NCBI GenBank assembly: GCA_001938485.1
Contig: MQRK01216311.1
Location: forward strand, 16,211 to 74,326
Direction of reading: 5' to 3'
Length of the DNA stretch: 58,116 nucleotides
Source: Girardia tigrina
Lineage: Eukaryota
Shown: positions 1 to 13,169 of the stretch, one piece after another
Layout of the letters: every line of letters starts with the position of its first letter
Position numbering within the stretch: position 1 is the first letter of the stretch
Notes under the pieces: generated by a model
The model's input: only the letters and a program-made list of their open reading frames with translations
The model's database searches: none
Told to the model about the DNA's origin: nothing
Translations under genes and position numbers: made by a program

Positions 1-300
1 GAAGAGCAAGTGGATGAAACATTGGTTGAAAGTTATATTGACCAGCAACACGAGGAGTATGGTGGAAGGCCACAACGCGAAAGACGCGATCCGGAGTGGA
101 TGAAAGACTATGTGACATTAAAAAAAACTGTGGGTGAATGTGGTATGTTTGTTTTAATATTCACTTTATGCGAATATTTGGTTTTTGTTTATGTGTTGCT
201 GTGGTGGAGTGGTTTGCTAATTATCTTGTTTTTCTTTTAGATCGTTGTAATCATTTGTGTTGGGTTTGAATAAATCATTTTGATTACTTCACTTTAATCA
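1..300 (+). mobile_element. 3' end of an LTR retrotransposon (pol tail, purine tract, short 3' LTR)
   Basis: RPQRERRDPEWMKDYV resembles the usual post-integrase tail. It is followed by a purine-rich tract, a TG start at about 140 and AATAAA at about 269. Confidence 0.45.
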
Positions 301-379
301 ATAACCTCTAAGACTCTGTATGAAATAAACAATTTACAATATTCTAACAACATTTTTTCTTGAAAAAATTTATTATGAG

Positions 380-880
380 TACGAATAAATATTAAACATC
401 ATTTCTGAATGTAGTCTTCTTGATAATCAACAAGTTTATTCCATCTATGCAAAAGATCATCAAAAGTAGCAATAAATACTGTTGATTCTGTAACGATAAG
501 AAATTCGACACACATTCCATGAGATCATGTTCACACGAAAAGTGAAGCCCCTTTAGGTATTTTTTTAAATGGCTAATAGGTATAAGTGTCTTGAAGTGAG
601 GTCAGGACTGTTGGGCGGATGTGCGAGGTGCTCGAAACTACATTGGTGATTGTTTCTTGTGAAAGTTATGCTGAGTAAATAGACAGGTTGCTAATTGATA
701 ACCAAAAGGAAGTGTGTTGTGCACGACGTTTCTTCCTATTTTAATCAGTACTAAGGGCACTGAAATATTCTGAATTGATGGTATTACCTTATTGGCAGAA
801 ATCCAAACTGACAACACCCTTTCGTGACCAGAATACGAAAAGTATGAATTCTCGTCTGTGAGAAGTTGAAGCGCTGAACT
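380..880 (-). mobile_element. Decayed mariner transposase remnant
   Basis: Minus-strand translation gives PPNSPDL (YSPDL-type motif) and a VFWS..G segment; many stops and frameshifts. Confidence 0.55.
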
Positions 881-2835
881 ACCATCGAGCTGTGCTATTC
901 TTCACTGCATTTTGACCTTCAACATCACAGATTAAACGAGTCGTGGTTGCCGCCTTAAGATCTTTTTTCCAGTATTTTAGTAAAAAGAATTCGGATGGTT
1001 GTCTTAATTTCAGTCATTATACATAACATAATACATAATACAAAACTATTTTACAACAGAAATAGATCCACCAATTTAAGGTCTTCAAAATGATACCTGA
1101 TCGGAGAGCGGCAGGTTGAGCGCGGAAGCCACGCCCAGAGTTCTTCAACTCGTATCTAGTTTTCGATTTCTGTTTATTGAAATTTTTATCACTTGTCGAT
1201 TTTATTTTGTCCAGTTCCCAATCAATATATAAAGTCCTAACGAGGACTGAATCACTTTCACAATTAATCATTGCTAGTTCTTTAATAGTCGAGTTACTCC
1301 AGTGACCTCTGTTACTCTCCGGTCCTTTTGTGGACTGCCAAAGCAAAGGGGAATAGTCTAACTCGACTATTCCCCAGTACATGTAGATAGGCCCCATCTG
1401 ACACAGTTAACGCCATGAACCTTAGAGGTTCAGGAGTACCATGCCAAACGGAGCAAGATTCTTCATAGTATTGCCTCATCATCCTAACGAGCCCTTGTAG
1501 AACCCACGAAAGAAAGAAAATATTCAATTAAAACCCTTAATTAATTAACTAAATTACCAAGATGATTCAGCGTAAATCATATCACTGTCAAACTTTCTGA
1601 ATGAATCCGCAGACCCGAATCAGAGATAATTAAACCAGAAAACCTCCACGAAATGTTTACCTGAATAACATATGTCACCTGAATACCAGTACAGTCGTGG
1701 AGATTAGTAAACCAATCTTCAAACATCCTGTGTGGTCCGCACGGACGACGGTGCAACGACATAGTTATCTGAAATGCAAAATAATTAAATGTAAGCCAGG
1801 AATGATTTTACGTAATTACCAGTAACGGTTGCTACCCACAATCTTCCTTGAAAAATAAACAGACTGCCAATCAGCATCTGTTTACATCGAAAAACGCATG
1901 GACATGACAAACCTAGACAGAATCCCGATAAGTAATGAAATAAACAATCCCTTCTTACCTACATACAGGATGTCGTGATTTTAATCACTTCCTCCCTCTC
2001 ATCCTGTCTTTGGAGGATCACATGCAGAGATACCCGAGTGTGTCGGGTATAAATACCCGATGTAGTATGTACAAACGCAAGTACGCACGCACACATTTAC
2101 ACAATCTTTACTTTTGAATATTTTACGTTGGACTCAACTTGCAGAACTAAACATAATTTTAGAAATCACATAAATTTTGGCACAATTATTATTGTACTAT
2201 TATCAAACCACAATTATTCTATATTTTCCTCAATTTTATTTTGAATATTTTACAACTTTCCGATTACTGTACACCTTGTGCAATATTGTCATTAAAGTAT
2301 CCCGTAGTTATTTGTGATCAGTTTTCCACAGTTTCACTGAAGATTTCACAGTAATCAAGAAGTATGAATTGTATGGTTTTGTTCTATTTTATCTATATTC
2401 TCTTTTATAATTGAATATTTCACTAAATAACACCTTCTGAACTCAAAGTCAGATTACGTGTCGATATTATAAAACTCAAGAGAATTAAAAGGTTAATTTT
2501 ATCAAATACCCAACAGAAGAAGCGCGAAAGACACCTAAAAATGACGATTTTTTTGACTTTCGTTCAATCCGTGAGGCATCCATTTATCAAGCATTTTCAA
2601 CTTTTTAATTTGCTTCAAGTACCAAGTGACGGTTGAGGGATCAAAGTTAAGATTTTCTGTGAGTGCTCGAACAGTTGTGCGTTGATCAGCTTTCACCAGT
2701 TCCTTATATTCGTCGCTGTGAATCGTCGATGGGCGGCTACCATAAGGCTCATCTTCCAGGGTAGTATTGCCAGAGCGAAACTTTTGATACCAGTGCTGCA
2801 TAGTGCATTCGTTGACACTTCCCTTGCCCCAAAAT

Positions 2836-4397
2836 CAGGGGCGTAGCCAGGATTTCATTACAGGGGGTATATTGATTATTACAAAATACTTTCAGTCACA
2901 CAAAACATAATCACACACATACACACATTGATATGTTAAGCTTTTTGTGGTCCTGTAAAATATCGCTTACATATTGTTTTTTGTTTAACAAGAATGACAA
3001 TTAGACACAGAACCAATTCCAAATTAAGAGCTAATAACAAGGATAATAATTCTGGCAATGATTTTTAATCAAACTCAGGTTCTATTAGTTAATCGTGTAA
3101 AAGTGCTTACTGAAACTTATGTTTCAGTGAACTCTTAACGATATATTTAAATAAATAAAATATAAAAAATAAATTTTAGCTAAATTATATTGTATAACAA
3201 TATAATAGAATTACAAAAAGAAAATTTGAGTAGTTGTTCTAATATTTATTGACGATATACTTGTGCTAATCGTCAACAAGTTTTGCAGAAGACGCTGCAG
3301 TCAAATAATTCATTTTGCAATTAGAATTGTTGATCGAGCTCGAGAGACATTCTTGGGATAAGAATTGGTTGTTGAGTTTGTAGAATTTTTGTTGTTGATA
3401 TTAAGGAACAGAAGATGGCAGCGAGTGAGGATGAGATTCGATGAATTGAGATTTGAAATTGCTTTGTTTATTAGAATAGAACCAAATAAAGATTTCACAT
3501 CCAAAAACATGTTTGAAAGAAAAAAGACAAAGAAAGAATTACCACTGGATTAATTTGTAATGCATTTGGAACTAAGAAATTTAAACGCACTATAATTCTA
3601 AAAAAATGAAAAGTAACGTTGCTTTTAGATCTTTAAACTTCATAATTTAATTATTGATTATTTTTAATAAAAATGTATGAATGAACGCTGTGATTTTTCA
3701 GATTTTTTGGATTCATACAAAATTGATATCTATATCTGAAATTTCAGTTCTTTCAAGAAATGATGACGAAAATGATTTTTTTTAATAATTTAATTACGCA
3801 ACTTGACATTATTGATTAAATATCTTTTGAAGATTATCTATTTATCGAAGATTAAATGATTGAGGATTGTAAGGATAATAATTATGAAAATAATGAAAAT
3901 GAGACAGAGGATTATTGCATTATTTTAAAGAGTGGTAAATGGTCAGAAGTTGAAATAAGAGAGAAAAATATATCTACCGATGATGTTGATTCCTACATTA
4001 AAGTATATTTTTTTATTTAGAAAAAATAGAATGACGATTAAATGAATAAAAGAAATTCTGTGCTTTATAATAAAAAAGAGCATTTGCAGCAATACTTAAT
4101 TTTCAAAAAAGAAAATTTTTTTATTTTATAATTTCACATACCTTTTTTTTATTTTTGAGATCCTGAATGTGTGAAATTAGAGTTGTCTGTAATTCAAATT
4201 GAATAAAATCATTAATATTTAAACAAATTATTTCTTTTAGATAAAATTCCAAATAATTAATGTATTTTATTAAAATAAAGAATTTTATTGAACATAAAAG
4301 ATTTAATGGAAATACAGTTGTTGCATATTTTGTAAATTTTTAGAAAATATTTCGGGGGGTTGATCCCCTATATCCTTCCCCCTTAGCTACTCCCCTG
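2836..4397. mobile_element. Non-autonomous hAT-type DNA transposon
   Basis: TIRs CAGGGGCGTAGCCA and TAGCTACTCCCCTG; 8-bp TSD CCCAAAAT / CCCAAACT (one mismatch); cleanly interrupts a mariner ORF. Confidence 0.8.
3265..3553 (-). mobile_element. Penelope-like reverse transcriptase relic inside the hAT element
   Basis: FLDVKSLFGSI matches the Penelope SFDVxSLFTNIP motif. A VDD remnant lies at about 3270-3278. Frameshifted. Confidence 0.45.
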
Positions 4398-5340
4398 CCC
4401 AAACTTCGTTGGAGTTTCGAGCGGTTTGAGCTGCATTACGCCCTAGCTTGAACTCGTAGAAGTAAATGTTGCTAAAATCGCGTTTCGACATCTGCAATTA
4501 AAATTGAAATTATTAACAAAAGAAACATTATAATAAGTTTTAGACAAATATATCTGAGAGTATAAATTAAGCTTTCGAATGACTCATAACATCATACATG
4601 CTTTAGTCGTTTAACATTGCATTAAATACAAAAACATCCACAATCTGAATTCCTTTTGCAACAACCTAATACTTTAAATTTGTTCGAATAATTAGACGTT
4701 AAGAAATAGAATTTTTTATCAATTTATCAATAAAGAACAATGTCTGACTTCGAAAGCTTTGTGGAGAATTGTTCTGGACGCAATTCGATCTGCGATGTCA
4801 ATGAAAGTATTAGAAATCATATTACTGTTCTTAACAGTAATCTTCATTTAAATTAGCTAATTTCTTATTAAGATATCGTGATCTTTTCTAATTGTAATTC
4901 GTTAAATAGCGCATTTAAACAAACACAAAAACATTACTTTAAAATATTTTAAAATAAAAACAACAATAAGCAGTGCACAATATCTTTATTTATGTAAAAA
5001 TAAAACTAAAAACTGCAAATGATACATTTTCTCTAAAACGAGATCTCTCAAAATTAAATACTCTCAAAAACGCACCAATATTGAAACAAATAAATTAATA
5101 CTCAAACTGATATTCCAATTGAAAACCTCTTACTATAAAAGTAAACCGGTTAATAATTGATTGGTAAAAAATGCATTCGCAAATACGTTTCTATCGCACG
5201 ATATCACATCACAATATATTATTTAAACAAAATTATAACATTTTACTTTTCAATAAATAAGAACATGAAAATAGATTTCTTGATTAAATGACACAATTAA
5301 TCTTCAAAATAATAATAATAAAATAAATAAAACTTATATT

Positions 5341-6510
5341 TCAATTTATTTTCTTTTGAAAATATTTCTTGATTTTCAGAAATTCCATTCGAAACGGCAA
5401 TTCAAATTCATTGGGAATCGTTCCCGGACAATTAGATTCGAACCACGTGAACATCGGAAACCAAATCCTCGCTCGATGTTGATCGCGAATCATCAACGAG
5501 TAATTATTCGCCTGCCAATGGTAATACAAAAACAATCTCGACGACAAATAGAACGCAACAAACACATCGATCGAATAGTGCTCGTGAGCGGCGAGAATGA
5601 AAAACAAACCGAACAAATTCAAAATCCACGAAAACGTGTGGAGATGATAGAACGAACGCGGTGTATATTCTGTGATGAAGAAATTCAAAAGCGTCAAACA
5701 TGTCGTGTGTCCACTGAACAAATAATCGCCACACGTTCTCACCCCGTTAATCGACAAACCCAACCGCCACCAAATATGTAACGCCCGATCGATTTTCTCG
5801 CCGATAGTTTGATTAACGGAAATCGATCGACACGTCGAATGGAGATGAGTCGCGGGCACACTGAGCGAAGTGATGAGCATTGTAATCGATCGGAGCAGAA
5901 AAACCGTTCCTAAAAGATTGAAAAACCGCCTCAACAGAATGAATCGATACCGATGAAAGATCAATATGAAAGCCCAAACGAAGACCAAAAAAACGGCGAC
6001 TAATTCGGAAGCGTAAAATGCCCAGGAAATGTAGGGAAGATTGTCGAGAATCAAGTCAGGTAACGGGGGGTATTTGGTCATGTCGGGCAGACGGTCGTGA
6101 GCGATCACCATGACAACAGAAGTGATACCAAACACGATAAACACGTAGAGAAAACTGATGATTAATTTACCGATTTCCTTATTGTTACAATTAAACAAAA
6201 GAAACATTTGTGAATTGTTATGTGAGTCGATTTTATGATTATCGTTTGTGCAATTATTACAATTATCGATTTTATTTGTTTTATTATTGATTATATTTTC
6301 ATTGTTATTTGATTCGATTTTTTTCCAATTTTCAATAAGACAAAGCAGTTTTTTACGAATACCGATAATTTTTATGGGCATTTCTATGATATCGGTTTCG
6401 CGCAATTGAGCAAAAGCATTTCCATCGATTTCGTGATGGAGAAACAATTTTATAGTTTCTTCACTAATCGAATTTATACGTAAATAATTTTCAATGGTTT
6501 TTATTGACAT
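5341..6510 (-). CDS. SAMD8: Sphingomyelin synthase-related protein (SMSr; SAM domain, predicted ceramide phosphoethanolamine synthase)
   Basis: N-terminal SAM domain ([15 protein letters not shown]) and SMS motifs PPLPD, RRFF..GT..LLR..T...[13 protein letters not shown] and AHEHYSIDV. No intron in the ORF. First ATG is at 6510 (389 aa); a short upstream exon cannot be excluded. Confidence 0.93.
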   Translation of the reverse strand: MSIKTIENYLRINSISEETIKLFLHHEIDGNAFAQLRETDIIEMPIKIIGIRKKLLCLIENWKKIESNNNENIINNKTNKIDNCNNCTNDNHKIDSHNNSQMFLLFNCNNKEIGKLIISFLYVFIVFGITSVVMVIAHDRLPDMTKYPPLPDLILDNLPYISWAFYASELVAVFLVFVWAFILIFHRYRFILLRRFFNLLGTVFLLRSITMLITSLSVPATHLHSTCRSISVNQTIGEKIDRALHIWWRLGLSINGVRTCGDYLFSGHTTCLTLLNFFITEYTPRSFYHLHTFSWILNLFGLFFILAAHEHYSIDVFVAFYLSSRLFLYYHWQANNYSLMIRDQHRARIWFPMFTWFESNCPGTIPNEFELPFRMEFLKIKKYFQKKIN

Positions 6511-7289
6511 TATTATCGAGGTTTGGGGGTGTTTTTTACGAATGGGGCGGTAGTGGTGGTGACGGCCGTTAGAAGCAATTGTTAATTTAATTAGTTGACT
6601 AAATAAAATCAATTAATCGAAATGAATAAATCGAATATTAACTTTAAATATTTTGGTAATTTAAACAAACGCGATAATTGGAAAGAATATTTTTTGCAAT
6701 TTAATAATTTTTAATGTTGAATGAAAATATCCATAGTAGTTTTTTTTATAAATTTAAAATTATATTTTAGGAACATTTTTTATTATGGAAAAAAATTATT
6801 TTTAATTTTAGTATATTTTTGAAAATCTTAATTATGTGAATTTGAAAAACTGGAAACATAAATCGATTTATAAATATAAAAATTAATTTAACTTTTTTTT
6901 CAATATCCAAATTCTTGAAATATAAAATAAGCAATCATTAATAAAAATTGACATTTAATAATTTTTTCGATGATATATATCTTAAAATAAGTAACTTAGA
7001 CTAAATAATTTGGTTTAAGGTGTCGTGTAATAATGTCTAGTAATATTTAGTCAATTGATTTTGCATTTTTAATCAATAATTTTCTGGAAACAAAGATTAA
7101 TTCAACTACGTCATTTTCTTAGAAAACTGTTAAAACCAGAAGAAATGATAAAGACTTTACTCTTGCATCGAAAACTTTACTAAATGTGCAAAGTATGTGA
7201 AATTTTGAGGTGTAAAATAATATACTGTTAAGTATAAAAGCTAAGTGATAAAGTAGAATGGTGACTGATGGTTGGAATGAACGTATCAT

Positions 7290-7600
7290 CTTATAATGTA
7301 ACATTGTTTCATAATAGTGTGTATTTATGTGGCGTAATCTTTCAGCTTCTTGTTGAATACTTTTTTGAAGATTGTCGATTGTTATCATTATAAAATGTTT
7401 TCGTATCTAGTTTTACTGGATTTACAACAATTTAATTGACAATCAATACAGGCCAAGACAGATTGGGCTTTGAAAAATTCATTTATCTTTTTTTAACTGT
7501 TTTATCTGGTTGGTAGAAGTTGTAGATTATGCGCTTGATATCATGTAACCATGTATTATGGGTGCCTATTTCAAATGAAGAAAAAAGCAGGTAAGGCCAC
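7290..7600 (-). mobile_element. Possible Copia RT/RNase H relic
   Basis: WLHDIKRIIYNF resembles HWxAxKRILRYL and LRHINTHYY resembles TKHIDVRYH; highly decayed. Confidence 0.3.
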
Positions 7601-7637
7601 CTCGCACTTAGGAGCTTTTTAATTTATACTACTCAAA

Positions 7638-7910
7638 TGGTGTGCTGACAAAGAAGAATTCTCAGAACGCATTGGGTGAGTAGTTAGCTGAGCAATCCAT
7701 TAATGAGTACATGAGCCAATTATGATATCTTTCGAAGTCTTGTGGTTTTCCGAAACATTTTGAAGACCAGGTATTACAGCGTCTTTTTAGTCAATGCTTA
7801 ATGAACCCTGAAGCACAAAAAAGGCTTTAAAAGAATTTACAGCGAGTTACAAAGTCAAGTAGTTCACAGTGAAGGATGCTATAACTACGATGGAACTAGA
7901 AGAAGCCAGT
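7638..7910 (+). mobile_element. Ty3/Gypsy gag relic with a PBS-like TGG start
   Basis: EQSINEYMSQL*YLSKSCGF...QRLF..CL.NPEAQKRL...AI..MELEEA follows the retrotransposon gag pattern. Confidence 0.45.
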
Positions 7911-8744
7911 TAATTTACTCTTTCGGAATAAATCTTTATTATAATATTGTTTTTCGCGCGGGGAGGGTACCTGTGAGCTTCCACGCGCAGTTACCCGTGA
8001 TCGACGTCCAAATTGGGTTGTGGTGTATAAAGGTGTTGGGGTATTGGGTAGATATTGCAATTTATATATATGTATTTAAATCAAAAAGAAATTATTAAAA
8101 ATAAAATATATTAGTTCTTTATGACAATTACAAAATACGAAACCTTAAAAACTTATTTAAATTTTACTGTAGGCGGTGGGATAATATATTCTCACGACCT
8201 CAGATTATTAAAATTAAAATTTAGACAATTTATTAAAACTCGTTTGGTGTCCTTCTAATATTTACCATTTAATCAATTTTTTTGATTACCTTTTATCGGT
8301 ATTTTCGTAGATAACTATTATTTCTGTCTTCAACAATTTTGAATAGGTATTTATATAAAACTCGAGTGCACGCACGGTTCAATATCCAAACCGTGATTGT
8401 CCAAAGTGCAATCACAAAAATTAGAACAGGTAGGTCCAAGGTTCGAAACCAATTAACTTTTAATTAACTTTTTATTGTATTTTCTTATTCTTTTCTTCCC
8501 TTTTTATACGTCTTTTCAACATTTTTAATTAATTTATTTACAGTTTACTGTTTGATATTTTCGTTCTTTATATAAATATTCAATTTTCTAATTCTTTTTA
8601 TTTATTTTCCTAATCCTTTTATTCTTCTTATTTACATGATTTTATTAATAATTTTATAATAGAAGTAAATAATTTTTCTTAATTACAGGTTAAACAAATC
8701 TTTTTTTTAAAATTAAAAAATTATATTAATTTATATACTCAACA

Positions 8745-11700
8745 AAGGCATTGATCGATACTGGATGATCTGTAACAATAATGGAGCTGCGACTCGTGCA
8801 GTCGGATCAAGTTCAGCAGGCATTTGAAGAACTGCAGACAATGCTTGGCCAAGCAGTGGTATCTCAAGGAGCCTGGGTGGAATTTGATGTAATGGGGCAC
8901 CCGTTGAAAGGCTGGGTTCTGTTGGTTCGGTGTTTAAAACCGATCGGGGCAGACATGATATTAGGAATGGACATAATACAGTCTCTGGGAGGAGTAAGTG
9001 TTGGGATTACAAGGGAGAAAGTGAAATTTTGAGTAAATACGAGTAATAAATCTAATTTAGAACGAAGTGATTCAAAGAACAGTCAAAGAGAAGGTCGCAG
9101 GACCGCTGTGACTGTACCGGTGAGCAACACAGATAATCGACTGTGGTCAAAAACGAGTACATTGAATGAAGCAGTACCAACTCAGATCGACGATCAAGAC
9201 TTAACCGCAGTATTCGACGGATCGTCCTGGTTCATGACATGGTGATGGAAAGATGGGCGGGCACCACCAGTTCGCGACAGTGTATCAGAGTACGCGTCGT
9301 CCAAAGTACATGAAGAAAATGTGACCGCCGAACTCAAGGACTGGAAGTCTAGGGGATAGTTGGTGAAGTGTGAAAGCAGCCTCCAACCGATTTTGCCGTT
9401 AATAGCAGTGCTACAAGAGTCAAAAGGAAAAATTTGGCTGATACTCGACTACCGGAACTTCAATGAGTCGGTTTCCAGTCACACCACTGAAAGTTAGGTT
9501 TGCGCCTAAAAATTGAAAAAATGGCATCGAATGGATCGAAATATTGTTATTGTTGATTTGAGGCGAGCGTATCTTCAGATCAAGGTCAACCGATCTTTGT
9601 GGGTATACCAGAACAAATCTTGGTACATAACCAGGCTCAGTTTTGGCATGAACATCGCCCCCAAAATTTGGCAAAAAATATTATTGCACGTCCTGGAATC
9701 GGATCCAATCGTACGGGCAAACACCGATGCCTATTACGATAATATCACTATCAATGTGGCCGAAATGCCGGTGAATCGGCTAATGGTGGTACTGCAGAGC
9801 TTCGGTATAGAAGCAAAAGTCCTAATACCGATATTTAGTGGCCGATTGTTAGGATTAGCAGTGAAGGTTCGCACAAATGGTCGATTACAGCGGCGGCGTG
9901 ACGGGCACGTTCCCCCAGTCCCAAATTGTATCACTATCCCTGAATTATTTACATGTACCGATCGCCTGGTGGGTCATTATACGGTTGGCGGGTGGCTTCG
10001 ACCGGCGTGCAGAGTAATGAAAAGGCTAGCTAGCAACGGCGATTGGGATGCAGTGGTGGACGCGCCAATTGCATAGATCACACAACAGTTAGCACGAAGA
10101 GTCTAAACAGAAGATCCAGTTAGGGGTTATTTGGAAGGGCCCCATAGCGAAAAGGGGCGGGTGTGGTGCGACGCAAGCTCCATTGCGATCGGAATTTGCA
10201 TCGAGATTGGCGGAGTAATCGTAGAAGATTCTTGCTGGCTGCTGCCGAAGGATGATATCAATCACATCAACCTAGACGAACTGAACGCCGCCATCAGGGC
10301 GCTGAAGGAAGCTGTCAAGTGAGGAATTCGAGAGCTGGAACTCCTAAGTGATTCGGTAACAGTCAGTAAATAGCTCTCATCGGCGATATCGGAACGTGAG
10401 CCAATTAGATCTCAAGCACTTAGTGAGATCTTGATTAGGTGAAGAGTTGTCTTGTTTAAACATGTAGTTGAAGAAGAACAAATTTGCGTCAAAGTAACGC
10501 TAGTCCGATCGGAAGAAAACAGAACGGATGTTCTGACTCGAACCCCAAATACCTGGTGATCACTGATGAAAGGACCTGTCCTGACAGCGGCGGCGTCTGT
10601 CGGGGTTCATTAGGAATTAGTTGACGATCTTAAACAGCTCCACGAAATACATCACTTTGGAGTGAGACGTTCAGCATTCCTGGCGAAGAAAATATGGAGA
10701 CCGTGCAAAGTATCAGAAGATCAGATAAAAGCGTCAATCGACCCATAAGCAATCCAATGGGAGAGGGGCGAGCTCGGAGTGAAAAAATCATGGACTCGAA
10801 TTGCGGTGGATGTGACACACAAAGTTCCTCACCATGGTGAACTGTGGCCCGGGAAGCTTCATGATTTGGCTCCAAATTGCATCGGAAAACGAAGCAGACA
10901 TCTGAAATGAATTCGGTCGACCAAACGAGATAATTTTAGATAATTACAGTACATTTAGGAGATTGATAGTGCTGAAGCTACTGGAACAGGCCGGTATCGA
11001 TGTCCACTTTAGATATATAAACCATACGAGTGGTAATGGGATCGTGGAACGCTACCATAGGACAATTAAGCGGATGGTGACTCGGAGCGGACGCCCGGTG
11101 AGTGAGATGCAGATGGGGTCATACCGACATCGACAATATTCACTCAGAAACGGAGGCTGCTCCTCTCAAAAGCGTTCAACCTGATAGGTCTCGGTCCGGA
11201 ACGCGAGATGCAAATAAGGGAAATGAAACTCAGTGATGAAGTATTTGTAAAACCAGGAGCTACGTATTCATGTATAGTGGTGGAAAAATCTTTTTAGACA
11301 GGAGTACATTCAATGATTATTTTTTAATTATAAAACAAGACCAATTGAAGCTTTATTTAACAATTAATAATGAAATCTAGATGCAATATATTAATTTGAT
11401 TTTAAGTAATTGTTTAAATATTTTCGATAATTGTCCTTTTTTTAAATTTTAAATTATTTTTATGGAAAAAAGGCTCAATTAAAAGTATTATATCATATAC
11501 AAGAAAGACGCATAAGAAAAAATGTGGTCCTAAAATGAAAATTAATAAAGCTGACAGCCTTAGAATCCGAAGATGTATTGAGAATGAAGGCGAAAATGGT
11601 CATAAGGTAACTTGCAATAAAGTTTTAGAAGCAACAAATATAGAGATTTCTAGAAGAACCCTAAGTAATTGGATGATTAAGAACGATTTTAAATATGTAA

Positions 11701-13169
11701 AGGCGGTAAAAATCAATAAAACTTTCCAAAAAACATAAATCAGAAAGGGTTAGAATAATTTCACGATGGATATAGATTAACGTAGATTGGAATAGAGTTA
11801 TTTTCATGGATGAAAAGTGATTTAGCCTAGATGGTCCTGACAACTGGTACATTTCATTTAAATGTTTTGTTTTATTGTTATCATTTATAGGTTTACGTTT
11901 GCCAAAAATAAAACCAATATAAATCGTCAGAGACGACAATCAAATGGGGGTGCATTAATGGTATGGGGCATGGTAATGCCAAGTGGACTGATTACTTTGA
12001 AAACAATGACAGGCAAATAAAACACCGAAACTTATATTTCTCTGTTTAAGGACTTTGCTGTACCGACAATGAAATTTAATTTCCAGCAAGGATATATCGT
12101 AGCACACGATAATTGATCAATACACATTTCTAGGAAGTTTAAGGAATATGCAAATACACAATCTTTAGAATTTTTAGAATGACCTGCGAGGTCATCTGAT
12201 CTAAACATTATGGAAAATGTTTGGAAAATGCTTTCAGACTGAATATATTCTGGTGATCAACCTCGCAATATGATTCAATTAAAGGAAATGTTGCACATGG
12301 AAACCGTCAACATAAACAATGATATAGGAAGTACCATGATGGGATTTTTTGCTAAGTTTAGATCCAGACTGACAAATGTTTTAATACGAAAGGGTGACAT
12401 TATCAATTAAATGCTTTTATACTTGAAATAAATGTGCTACAATATGTGTCTAAAAAGATTTTTCCATAAAAATAATGTAAAATTTAAAAAATTGACAATT
12501 ATCGAAAATATTTAAACAATTACTTAAAATCAAATTAATATATTGCATCTAGATTTCATTATTAATTATTAAATAAAGATTCAATTAGTCTTGTTTTATA
12601 ATTAAAAAATAATCATTGAATGTACTCCTGTCTAAAAAGATTTTTCCACCACTATATGTCACGATACAGACGAGCAACAATCACCGGTTTACATCTGCCG
12701 CATCAAGTGCATGTGGATGGTAGGCCGTATCACATCAGTCATGTGCGACAGCCCTCAGTCCGCAGCCATCTGTGACGGAGTCAATCAACCGGGCTATAGA
12801 GGACCGGCAGAGTTGCCAGAAGCAAGTGACAACAGTATCTGCGGAAGTTCAGAAACTAGTGAGATCGATGTACAGGAGCAGGAGGAGTTGCGATCGGAAC
12901 GTCCAAGGAGGGTCAATCGCCCCCCCCCCAACAAGATGGAAGATTACATCTGCGAGAGAACTTCAGTTTGTGATGACAGTCGAGTTCCCAGCTGCTCCTA
13001 AGGCCTCTGTTTGTGTGCCTTGAGGGCAGGGAGACATGTGAGATAGAATTTGAATTTAATGGGAAAATTAAATTCCTTTGTTTGAATGTGTGGTTTACGC
13101 GGATTATTATTAATTCAAATATATAGAATTGCGCGTGGTCGAATTTTTATTTTTAATTTTCATTACACA
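8745..13169 (+). mobile_element. Decayed LTR retrotransposon (protease-RT-RNase H-integrase, PPT, 3' LTR), interrupted by Tc1
   Basis: ALIDTG protease; LDYR.FN, DLRRAYLQI, RLSFGMNIAP and YYDN RT motifs; WCDAS and HINLDEL RNase H; GNGIVERYHRTIK integrase. PPT GAGGGCAGGGAGA at about 13022, then a TG...CA LTR at about 13037-13169. Confidence 0.85.
11275..12654 (+). mobile_element. Tc1-family transposon with ~200-bp IR/DR-type TIRs; transposase pseudogene
   Basis: TA-flanked TIRs TAGTGGTGGAAAAATCTTTTTAGAC..., near-perfect over about 190 bp. Motifs VIFMDEK*FSLDGPD, HDN and SSDLNIMENVW. Confidence 0.92.

Larger units (their letters stand above)
2515..4668 (-). mobile_element. 5' half of a mariner element, split by the hAT insertion at 2836-4397
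   Basis: TIR TTAGGTTGTTGCAAAAGG at about 4650-4668. The reading MSKRDF..FYEFKLGRNAAQTARN..EVW|GKGSVNECTMQHWYQKF..WMPH joins across the insertion. Confidence 0.85.

Noticed and set aside
5356-5781. 141-aa plus-strand ORF and the 76-aa alternative frame
   Set aside because: Antisense or shifted shadows of SMSr with no independent features.
8425-8455. tRNA B-box GGTTCGAAACC
   Set aside because: No A-box at a proper distance and no cloverleaf; not a tRNA.
10560-10590. CTGATGA followed by an AGGAC/GTCCT stem, as a possible hammerhead
   Set aside because: Followed by GACA rather than GAAA, lacks stems I and III, and lies inside pol coding sequence.
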